A DNA stretch of 37,645 nucleotides, from the NCBI GenBank assembly GCA_964510575.1, contig CAZECN010000026.1:1-37645 (forward strand). The letters are read 5' to 3'. This DNA is from an uncultured Bdellovibrionales bacterium (lineage in GTDB: Bacteria; Bdellovibrionota_C; UBA2361; SZUA-149; CALKYB01). The translations under genes were made by a program, and so were the position numbers. Shown here piece by piece: positions 1-8,400 of the stretch (its first letter is position 1; each line of letters opens with the position of its first letter). The notes under the pieces are model-generated. The model made no database searches. It was not told the origin of the DNA and saw only the letters and a list, made by a program, of their open reading frames with translations.

Positions 1-1071
1 GCTCCAGCTCCAGCTCCAGCTCCAGCTCCAGCTCCAGCTCCAGCTCCAGCTCCAGGGGCCAACTGTAGAAACGATCTTGTAAACCGCGTCAACACATTAC
101 TTGCGAGCCCAGATCTAGTGGGATACGGCAGAAACACCACTGGTGGTGCCGGAGCTAGTCAAATTACATGGGTAACCAACACCAACGACGGCGGCGCAGG
201 AAGCTTAAGAAACGCTCTATCTGGACCTCGACCACTTTGGATTGCTTTTGATGAAAGTCTAAGAAATCAAACCATAAACGTTGCTTCTAGCCTGCATATC
301 AACGACCCTAATGTAACAATTGACGGAAGGGGAATAAATGGGCCACTAAACATTACTCTAAAAGTAACTGGCGGAACTCATCTCCTATTAGTCTGGAACA
401 GCAACGTCATAATTACCGGAATTCGTTTTGACGGAAATAACTCAGATGCATCTGGACTTATGGTTCGAATTGGAGAGAACTTCTGGTTAGACCACTTGAC
501 CACTACTAACTTCAGAATAGATGACGGATTGGGTATCAGTATGAATTCCCGAACCAATTCGGCGAACCTTGCAACTGTTTCCAACTTTCACACACATAAC
601 ACTAGTAAAGGAATATTGCTTGGAGGAGAACCAAATGTTCATGGACTGAAGCGCTACGTTACTATTCTCAAAAGCCAGTTCTCTGCATTTGAGAGAAACC
701 CCGCCGTTTATCGAGGCTACTATGCTCACGTATATAATAACTATATGCATTCCTTCACCTGGGGAAATAATATTCTTTGTGAAGGCAGATCTGATACTGA
801 GAACAATGTTTACTCAGGTGGAAACAACACACTCAATGCTGGCTTCAATAGGTACTGCGAAGGTACAGTTGACAGCGGCACTGGCATGGCATCCTCGAAT
901 GGAAATAGATTTGAAAACGGTGCTCGACAGACGGGACAAATAGGAACTTCCAAACTTGAGTCCCTTCCCTATAACTATAGACTAATGCCAACCAACGATG
1001 TCGTAGGTTTTGTGACTAGAAACTCTGGTGCAGCCAATGTACCAGGTGTCTGCCAAGCTTGGCCACAGTAA
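1..1071 (+). CDS. Pectate-lyase-superfamily (PL1/PelC-like) right-handed beta-helix protein, 5'-partial (continues upstream of the window)
   Basis: Frame 1 is open from nt 1. nt 1-54 are (GCTCCA)9 encoding (Ala-Pro)9. The sequence then reads GANCRNDLVNRVNTLLASPDLVGYGRNTTGG, which matches the N-terminus of each PL1 domain in the 15960 gene (NNCQTDRISSLLSSPDRIGFGANTTGG). It has the PL1 hallmark WxDH motif (NFWLDHLTT) and a TIDGRG motif. The GTG at 118 printed as M in the ORF track is therefore internal. Confidence 0.7.
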   Translation, partial: APAPAPAPAPAPAPAPAPGANCRNDLVNRVNTLLASPDLVGYGRNTTGGAGASQITWVTNTNDGGAGSLRNALSGPRPLWIAFDESLRNQTINVASSLHINDPNVTIDGRGINGPLNITLKVTGGTHLLLVWNSNVIITGIRFDGNNSDASGLMVRIGENFWLDHLTTTNFRIDDGLGISMNSRTNSANLATVSNFHTHNTSKGILLGGEPNVHGLKRYVTILKSQFSAFERNPAVYRGYYAHVYNNYMHSFTWGNNILCEGRSDTENNVYSGGNNTLNAGFNRYCEGTVDSGTGMASSNGNRFENGARQTGQIGTSKLESLPYNYRLMPTNDVVGFVTRNSGAANVPGVCQAWPQ

Positions 1072-1090
1072 GTTCCATATAGGTTTAGAA

Positions 1091-1162
1091 ATAGAGGTCT
1101 CTCAATAATTAATGGAGTACCCCTTACTAATCCCCTATTCATAAGGGGCATAGAGACCTCTT
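1091..1162 (+). terminator. Nested inverted repeat / stem-loop just downstream of the PL1 gene stop
   Basis: Outer stem AGAGGTCTCT (1093-1102) pairs with AGAGACCTCT (1152-1161). Inner stem CCCCTTA pairs with TAAGGGG. There is no clear U-tract, so this is either a terminator or a REP-like element. Confidence 0.35.
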
Positions 1163-1284
1163 AAACTCCTAAGCCAAATACTAGTCGTTCCCTAGCCCGA
1201 GAACATATATAAACAAAAAAGCCATTATTCATGGGCACTTGCTCTCTATTTAGAGCAAATAATCTCTCTATCTCAAAATAAATC

Positions 1285-1309
1285 GAACTTTTATAGTCCT
1301 TCTAGGTCT
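1285..1309 (+). promoter_or_regulatory. Candidate ECF-type promoter (GAAC-N17-GTCT) upstream of the ECF sigma gene
   Basis: cGAACtt at 1285-1288 is followed 17 nt later by GTCT at 1306-1309. This lies about 28 nt upstream of the AGGAG RBS at 1322 and the start at 1337. The motif resembles AAC/-10 GTC-type ECF autoregulatory promoters. Inference only. Confidence 0.3.
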
Positions 1310-1336
1310 TATCCCTGAAAGCAGGAGAAAAGAAGT

Positions 1337-1915
1337 TTGAACAAGCCTTCGAAAATTTGCGATTTAACTGGCATGTCTGATGACGAGCTGGTTAGTCGTG
1401 CCCGTGAGGGAAATCAAGAGGCTTTTGGTGAATTGATTGCCCGCAATCAGGAAATGGTTTTTGCGATGTTAGTTCGAAAAGTGAGAGATAGAGATTTAGC
1501 CTTAGACCTGGCACAAGAAAGTTTTGTCCGAGCCTACAAAGGCCTTGATCGATTCAAAGGAGAGGCGAAGTTTAGCTCTTGGCTAGTTCGCATTGCTCTA
1601 AACCGAGCGACCTCTCATTTTAGCTCAAAGCAGCATAAAGATTCTTCTCGACAAATAAAAGACTCTGAACGCTTTTTTGAGTCCCTTGAGACTCCCGATT
1701 CAGGAAGCCAAGAACTTGAATTCAAAAGTAAGATCCTCTGGCAAGGGGTAGAAAAGCTAGATTCTATTTACTCTCAGGTATTGTTTCTTCGTGTAGTAGA
1801 GAACAAGACTTATCGGGAAATATCTGAAATTCTCGAAATTCCTATTGGCACCGTAAAATCCAGAATGAATACAGGCATTAACGCTTTGAGAAAAAGCTTG
1901 GGAGGTAAGGTGTAA
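1337..1915 (+). CDS. ECF (sigma-70 family group IV) RNA polymerase sigma factor
   Basis: Region 2 motif DLAQESFVRAYKGLDRF. Region 4 HTH YREISEILEIPIGTVKSRMNTGINALRK. TTG at 1337 has an AGGAG SD 10 nt upstream; the alternative ATG at 1373 gives MSDDELVSRAREG. Confidence 0.85.
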   Translation: MNKPSKICDLTGMSDDELVSRAREGNQEAFGELIARNQEMVFAMLVRKVRDRDLALDLAQESFVRAYKGLDRFKGEAKFSSWLVRIALNRATSHFSSKQHKDSSRQIKDSERFFESLETPDSGSQELEFKSKILWQGVEKLDSIYSQVLFLRVVENKTYREISEILEIPIGTVKSRMNTGINALRKSLGGKV

Positions 1916-4185
1916 TGAAAAGCATTGTTGAACAATACGAGCCCTGGTTTCTAGACTATCTTGAAGGCTGCCTTGAAGAATCTAAAAAAGCTGAGCTTGA
2001 GCAAGCTTTAGCTGAAAGCTCCGAGCTCGAGAGAGCTTATCAGGAATTTGTTCATCTTTTTGAAGTGATGAGTAGTGATTGCGCTGAAGCTTTCGAGCTT
2101 CCTGCTGATTTTAAGCAGGGAGTTTTGGAAAAGCTTCCGGTGCAGGTTAATAATAAGGGAAGTAAGATGAAAAAAGAAAAAAAAGGTTTTAGTATGTTCA
2201 GTGACTGGTCTGCAAACCGGGTGCTGCAGGTTGCAACTACTTGTTGCTTCGTTTTTTTGTTGGGTATCACAATAATCACCTTTATGGATCGAGAGAGTGT
2301 GGATACTTTTCAAACTGTTAGTTCTTCAGTTGCCGGAATTGATTCAGACGATGAGTCGGCAGCAGTGACTGAAATACCTGCTACCAAAGAGTTATTACAA
2401 GTAACTTCTCTTCCAACTAAGGAAGTTAAAAAAGAAGTAGCTTCTAGCAAACCGGCTGCAAGGAGAATGGAGAAAGGAACAGCTCCTCAGACAAACTCTT
2501 TAAGTGATCAGTTTGCTGGCGCTTCACTGGACCAACTCCAAAGCGCCTCCTCCCCTGCTGTTTTTAAGAAGAGAAAACAGAATAGAGTAAAAGCTAAAAG
2601 CAGCAAATCTCGTAAGAACTTAGGCGCAGGCAGTGTCGGCCAACAAAAAATGGTGCTAACGGTAGAAAGGGAATCCGTATTCCCACCTGCTCCACCGTCT
2701 AGGAGAATTCCTCGCCCTGAGCCAATTCCTGCCCCTGAACCTTTGAGGGAAGGATATGACCAGATAGTTGAGAATGTCCTGACTCTATCTAAAGAGGACC
2801 CGCTGTCTACATTTTCAATTGATGTTGATACAGCCTCTTACAGTAATTTGCGTAGGGTCATCCAGAGAAACTCTCTTCCTCAGCCAAACGCTATTAGATT
2901 AGAAGAAATGGTTAATTACTTTAAGTACGACTACCCAGTACCTGAAGATAAAACTCAACCATTCTCAATCAATACTGAGCTGTCGACTGTTCCTTGGAAC
3001 AGCGAACGTCAGCTACTAAGAATTGGACTAAAAGGTTATGAGCTACCAAAGAACGGTCAGCAGCCCAGTAATCTGGTTTTCTTAGTGGATGTATCTGGTT
3101 CGATGCAGGGTCCAAATAAGCTGGAGCTACTCAAGCGCTCATTAAAGCTGATGGTATCTGAGCTAAGAAACAACGACAGGATTGCTCTTGTTGCCTATGC
3201 CGGCTCTTCCTCAATCATTCTTGACTCAACCTCTACTGAGAATAAGAACAAGATTTATTCAGCTATTGATCGCCTGAAATCTGGAGGGTCCACTGCAGGG
3301 GGGGCTGGAATACGCATGGCCTACGACACCGCCAAGCGCAACTTCCTAAAAGAGGGCAACAACAGAGTAATTCTTGCCACGGATGGTGACTTCAACGTTG
3401 GAGTCTCCAGCCATCAAGAACTAGTTAGCTTGGTAGAGAAAGAGCGCGAAAGTGGAGTCTTCCTCTCCGTCTTAGGCTTTGGAACCGGGAACTACCAGGA
3501 CGGGAAAATGGAACAGCTATCTAACCATGGAAATGGGAACTACTTTTATATTGATTCCATGCTCGAAGCTAAGAAAGTTCTTCTTCAAGACTTGACTGGA
3601 ACTCTTTTTGCGATTGCTAAAGATGTAAAGATTCAGGTGGAGTTTAATCCTGCAAGAGTTAAGGCCTTCAGACTGGTTGGGTACGAAAACAGAAAGCTTG
3701 CACACAAAGACTTCAGTAATGATCTTAAGGATGCTGGAGAACTTGGGGCTGGTCACACAGTAACGGCTCTTTATGAAATAGTACCTACTGATTCAAAGGA
3801 AAATCTTGCTGAGACTCCAACTCTAAAGTACGGAACCAAAATAGAAAAAGACGAGCCAGTAGCTACAACTTCGGGTTTCGCTAACGAAGTAGCCACTGTA
3901 AAGCTTCGATATAAGCTTCCTAAGGAAGATAAGTCCAAATTACTTGAGAGAACGGTTAAAACTTCAGATTTCAAGCGATTTTCTGAAACAGGAAATGACT
4001 TTAAGTTTCAAACTGCTGTGGCGGAGTTTGCGCTCTTACTTAGAAATTCCGTGGCTAAAGGTAAAAGTAGGTTTGAAGCCGTGCTTGAAAGAGCTAAGGC
4101 TTCGAAAGGAGTTGACGAGTTTGGCTACCGAGCTGATTTTATCAAATTAGCTGAGTCTGCCCAGCTTCTCTCAAAAACCAGATAG
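1915..4185 (+). CDS. Anti-sigma factor fused to YfbK-like vWA domain protein (vWA + DUF3520-like C-terminus), single-pass membrane
   Basis: The ATG overlaps the sigma gene stop (TAATG), indicating translational coupling. The N-terminal ~60 aa is helical and anti-sigma-like. It has one TM helix (VLQVATTCCFVFLLGITIITF). PLSTFSIDVDTASYSN...IRLEEMVNYFKYDYP matches the YfbK N-terminal domain. The vWA MIDAS motif is present (LVFLVDVSGSM...ILATDGDFNVG). The DUF3520-like segment is FRLVGYENRKLAHKDFSNDLKDAGELGAGHTVTALYE. Confidence 0.75.
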   Translation: MKSIVEQYEPWFLDYLEGCLEESKKAELEQALAESSELERAYQEFVHLFEVMSSDCAEAFELPADFKQGVLEKLPVQVNNKGSKMKKEKKGFSMFSDWSANRVLQVATTCCFVFLLGITIITFMDRESVDTFQTVSSSVAGIDSDDESAAVTEIPATKELLQVTSLPTKEVKKEVASSKPAARRMEKGTAPQTNSLSDQFAGASLDQLQSASSPAVFKKRKQNRVKAKSSKSRKNLGAGSVGQQKMVLTVERESVFPPAPPSRRIPRPEPIPAPEPLREGYDQIVENVLTLSKEDPLSTFSIDVDTASYSNLRRVIQRNSLPQPNAIRLEEMVNYFKYDYPVPEDKTQPFSINTELSTVPWNSERQLLRIGLKGYELPKNGQQPSNLVFLVDVSGSMQGPNKLELLKRSLKLMVSELRNNDRIALVAYAGSSSIILDSTSTENKNKIYSAIDRLKSGGSTAGGAGIRMAYDTAKRNFLKEGNNRVILATDGDFNVGVSSHQELVSLVEKERESGVFLSVLGFGTGNYQDGKMEQLSNHGNGNYFYIDSMLEAKKVLLQDLTGTLFAIAKDVKIQVEFNPARVKAFRLVGYENRKLAHKDFSNDLKDAGELGAGHTVTALYEIVPTDSKENLAETPTLKYGTKIEKDEPVATTSGFANEVATVKLRYKLPKEDKSKLLERTVKTSDFKRFSETGNDFKFQTAVAEFALLLRNSVAKGKSRFEAVLERAKASKGVDEFGYRADFIKLAESAQLLSKTR

Positions 4186-4202
4186 TGGTTGCTATCAGAA
4201 CT

Positions 4203-4238
4203 CTAGAAGAGCCCATCCAGGGCTCTTCTAGTTTCCTT
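4203..4238. terminator. Rho-independent terminator shared by convergent genes (anti-sigma/vWA + and OMP -)
   Basis: Perfect 12-bp stem CTAGAAGAGCCC / GGGCTCTTCTAG with loop ATCCA, followed by TTTCCTT. Confidence 0.6.
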
Positions 4239-4240
4239 AA

Positions 4241-4909
4241 TTAAAATGGAACAGAAAAAGCTAAAGAAAAATTATGGTTATCTAGATTACTTCTGCTTTG
4301 GCGGTTTATAGTATTAAACAAATAACCCGCTTCAAGCTTTAAATTACCTCCACTTTTCCAACCAATTCCTAGATGCGTCCGATTTTGATCAAAACCAGTC
4401 ACAGCTCCAAAATCAGTATCGTTCAGAGCAAAGAAAGTTTCATTCCACAAAGAACTATATAAGCTCTCCGCAAGAGGATAAGTCCACTTGAAATTTTGCC
4501 GTATTCTAAAACCTGTATTACCCCCAGATCTAAAGAATCGACTCTCGAACCTAGTTCGACCAGAAAAGCAACCAGCCTTACCACTATGAATCTTGTAAGT
4601 TGCCTGCTGCCAAAAACGATTGTCTGTTGCGTTAGCACGACCACTGCCTTGACTTACTATCCATGCATAGCCAGCCCACAGTAATATGCTATCGTTAACT
4701 TTGTAGCCCAGCCCGGGGCGAACAATAGAAACCCCTAACCTGCTTACATCCTCGGAAAAACGAGTGTGACCGTCGAACCATAGAAGAAGCGGACTATCTT
4801 TGGAGACTCGCCCATTGGTTGAAAACGAAGTCCATAGCTGACTATCTTGAGCTAGGCATTACTTAGAGCATAAAATAATAAAAAGAAGAGATAGCACGTA
4901 ATTTTTCAA
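4241..4909 (-). pseudogene. Outer-membrane beta-barrel (porin/OmpW-OmpA-like) protein gene with in-frame TAA at codon 17 (signal peptide)
   Basis: Manual minus-strand translation from the TTG at 4909 (AAGG SD 7 nt upstream) reads MKNYVLSLLFIILCSK-TAA-CLAQDSQLWTSF... in a single frame for ~222 codons. The frame ends ...NHNFSLAFSVPF*, with the C-terminal Phe typical of OMPs, and the beta-strand pattern alternates. The TAA is at plus 4859-4861. There is no alternative ATG/GTG/TTG in frame until codon ~154, which is the 4450 start in the ORF track. Confidence 0.5.
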
Positions 4910-4973
4910 TCTGAACCTTACAGTTTAGTGCAATAAAACTAGTAAGATTTAAGTAACCAATCTTCAAGTAAAG

Positions 4974-5002
4974 CACAAAAAACCCCTCCCGAAGGAGGGG
5001 CC
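4974..5002 (-). terminator. Orphan rho-independent terminator in minus orientation (CCCCTCC-CGAA-GGAGGGG + U6)
   Basis: Perfect 7-bp GC stem with a GNRA-like CGAA loop. On the minus strand it is followed by TTTTTTG. It lies upstream of the OMP start, and no minus-strand ORF lies upstream of it. Confidence 0.5.
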
Positions 5003-5404
5003 ATGGGCAATATTAGGCATTCGAGGGTTAGTGTCTTGCTCCCCTTCGATTGGGTCCGCGCTGCTCAGTGGCAGGTGACGACAAAGCAAGAATTAGGTTT
5101 CACTATTTATTACGTGAGCCCATGACCAAGGTTACTAGGTTCTGAAAATATTTATGAAAGTATTAGAAATAGAAATATTCGGGCCATTCCGTGGCTTAGT
5201 GAGTTCTCCACAATATTAGTCAAAACTCTAGGCTAAAAACTTCTGAGCCCTAAGTAGCTGCTTTTACTTACTATTTTAGTTTTTCTTTTGTAACTTTAGC
5301 TGCATAGGATCATCATAATAAGAGTGGGCTAACAGAAACTTCTCTCAAACAAGGTAAAAATAGCTCCTTCGTTTTTCCAGGTGTTAAGAATAGGGTTTTA
5401 GATA

Positions 5405-8400
5405 ATGACTAGATTTTTATTTTCTCTTACAGCAGTTGCGGTTTTTATTTTTTCTCAAGGAATTACAGAAGCCCAAAGCAACTCCTCCCTACTACAAAAC
5501 CAGATATCAATGCCTCGGGATGCCTACCCCACGAGTAATCCCCAATTACCACCATTTTGCCAATGGGTGCCAATGCCTGGAATGGAAGGTAAGATGGAAG
5601 TTAAAAGAATTACCAATGGGCAGCCCGCCTCAGCGTCAGGTAATTGGCACAACTACTCCAGACGACCAGCTTTTAGCGTAGACAACAAGTATTACGTTCT
5701 TAACGATAGAGTCCTAACAGCATCTGATTGTTCTTTGGTCAGAAGAACGCCACTTAGTAACGAAAATGTTGCTAGCTCTACTAACCCAGATCTAATTTAC
5801 GGTTTGAGTGGAAATCGATTCATTCGCTACAATATTTCATCAGGAAGCCAGACTACTCTTTATACAGCTCCTTCAGGCGGTGACGTTACTTTCGGTAACT
5901 GGGAGGGGCAGCTTTCAGCAGATGATAGAAGAGTGGTGCTGGCTTGGGGACAAAATAACAATAAGACTCTTTCCGTATTAGATATACCTAGTGCTCAGAT
6001 TGTAGGCCAAGTTCAAACAGGAAATTATTTTTCAAACTACAACTCAGCTGACATCTCTCCACTTGGCAACTTTTTTTCAGTCACAAAAGATGACAGAAGT
6101 GTTGCAATATTCCGCGCGGATGGAAGTTTCGTTAGAACACTAGCTCTCACTTCTGCGTCCGTGGGCAATCACAATGACTGGGTCCTTGGAGAAAACAATG
6201 CGGAGATACTGGCAGGATCAACATCTGATTTTGGTCTATACAACGCTACTACAAATACAGTATCTCAAGCAGACGTAATCAACAATTCAACAATAAGATT
6301 CGCAACTGGCCACACATCCGGTGTTGCCTTTGGACGCCCAGGTTGGGTCTACCATAGCAATGATGTTTGGGCTTCTACCCCTGCTCTCTTTGCCTTTAAA
6401 GTAGCAGGAGGGCAAACCCAAGTTGAGTTTTGGGGCTGGCACTATTCACATCTTGGCGGTTTTCCAAATAACCAAGTCCCTGCCTATAGGGCACATGCCA
6501 TGATCTCCCCAAGCTTCGATGGCTCTCAAATTATGTTCAATTCTAACTGGGGGAATGACAATGGCCCTATCTATTCAATAGTTGCCCGACCCGTTAACGC
6601 AGTAACTAGAACTCCACTTCCTGTTAGTCCTCCCGCTGTCAGTCCCTCACCTTCTGTCCCAGAAGAGAACGAAACCAATACAGCTGAGGTTAAGGTCAAT
6701 CCTGAGAACCCTAATCTAAGTAGATTTTGGCTAAGAAGCTCAACTCCGGAAGATATTACTGAGAACACGGCTACTATCAGTTTCACGCTATCAAAAGTTG
6801 GAAAGGCTCAGCTCGAATACGGCGCCAGCATGGAATTTGGCGAACTCGGTTTGAAAGAAAACTCCCTGACCTATTCCACACATAAGCAAACTCTTTCTGA
6901 TCTTGAACCTGGTACAGTATATTACTACCGAGTTATTGCTGAAAGCAGCGCAGGACAAAAGCTCACTTCAAGAACGCTTAGCTTTAAAACAGCTGGGGTT
7001 GCAACTAGTGCACCAAAAAATGAAATTATCAATTTTGATGGTGAAGTTAATGTTAGTTCGGCATGGAAAGAGGGAAAGTATGCCTATGTGATAAAGCAAG
7101 ATTTTGGCATTACCTCTGACTCAACTAGTAACTCTAGAATTTCAACACTTCGTATCTTTGAGGATGGTCTAGAATTAGCAACTGCCCACACGCCACATCA
7201 AACAATTAGAGACTTTGGAGAAGGACGGTTCAGTCATTGGGAAAAAAATCTATACTTTTCAGCCTCTGACAATTCTGACCCAAGAACTAATGGCAAAAAG
7301 TATACGTTTCTTCGCAATTCAACCGCTATTATTCCTCCACCAGCCAATAATGCTCAAAAAACAGCCAGCCCTAGTTATGATGGGGAAATCAATGTCAGTT
7401 CTGCCTGGAAAGAGGGGCGGCATGGCTATGTGGTAAAACAAGATTTTGGCACCCTCTCCGATTCAAGTAGCAATTCTTCAGCCTCAACTCTTCGAATTTT
7501 TGAAAATGGTGTAGAAATGGGACCTGCTCATTCGGCACACATATCAGTCAGATTCACAGGTAACGGGCGGTTCAGTCATTGGGGTAACAATCTATACTTT
7601 TCAGCCTCTGACAATTCTGACCCAACAACCAATGGAAGGAAATATACATTCCTTCGAAACTCAGCGACTTCAACTGCTAACAACAATCAAGTCGTCAATT
7701 TAAGTCCAGCTACTCCAGCTCAAACTACTTCATCACGACCCACACCTCTGCCTACTCCTTCCTCATCGGAAAACTGCTCTCCATTTCCTAGAGTTCAAAC
7801 TAGAGACACGCCGGTTAACGCAAATCTCTTTGGCGCAGTTCCTAGAATCAACGGTCGGCTACCAGCTGAAATGCCAATCGGAGTTCCTTTTGATGGACCA
7901 GTGCCAGGCACTGAGTATATCCGCATTAGCTCAGAAAGTGGTAACGGCACTCACTACTATTCCACAGTTCAAGCCTGGAATGCTGACATGACTAAAGTAA
8001 TGATTGGAAATGGAGTAGTTGATGAAAACAGACTTCTTGACGCTACTAATAACTACTCTTTGCTGCCAATGAGAGTAAATCTAAACTCCGACAGAGTATG
8101 GTCAAACATAGACCCTGACATTGTCTATGGAATCTCTGGCAATGCACTATATAAGTTAAACGTATCGACCGGCCAAAGAGAGGAAATTTACAGACGTCCG
8201 AATGGTGCAACAATAGCGCTTAGAGGTAAAGCTGCCATTCCCAATGATGACTCAAAACTACTACTTTATGTTCCAGACGATAATCGTCTTGTCTCTATCG
8301 ATCTAGCTTCAAATAGAGTACCACGACCTGTTTTGGGAGAGCTAAATTTTACTCCCTACGGCGACCTAAGATCAGGTGGCATGTTTCTTAATTTCGACCA

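Noticed and set aside
1-57. (GCTCCA)9 hexanucleotide microsatellite at the window start; could be taken for a CRISPR-like or intergenic repeat
   Set aside because: It is in frame with the downstream pectate-lyase-like ORF and encodes an (Ala-Pro)9 interdomain linker. There are no spacers and no unique intervening sequence.
378-943. ORF-track entries 378-584(-), 487-750(-) and 689-943(+) inside the PL1 gene
   Set aside because: They lie wholly inside a well-supported long CDS, have no recognisable features, and are typical shadow ORFs.
2008-4150. Small ORFs on both strands inside the anti-sigma/vWA gene (2008-2313, 2052-2279, 3517-3756, 3771-3974, 3944-4150)
   Set aside because: They are embedded in a 756-aa CDS with clear domain signatures. 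No support.
5436-5681. 81-aa ORF overlapping the start of the 1184-aa gene in another frame
   Set aside because: It is fully contained in the 5' end of the large CDS, which has a strong signal peptide. It is a shadow ORF.
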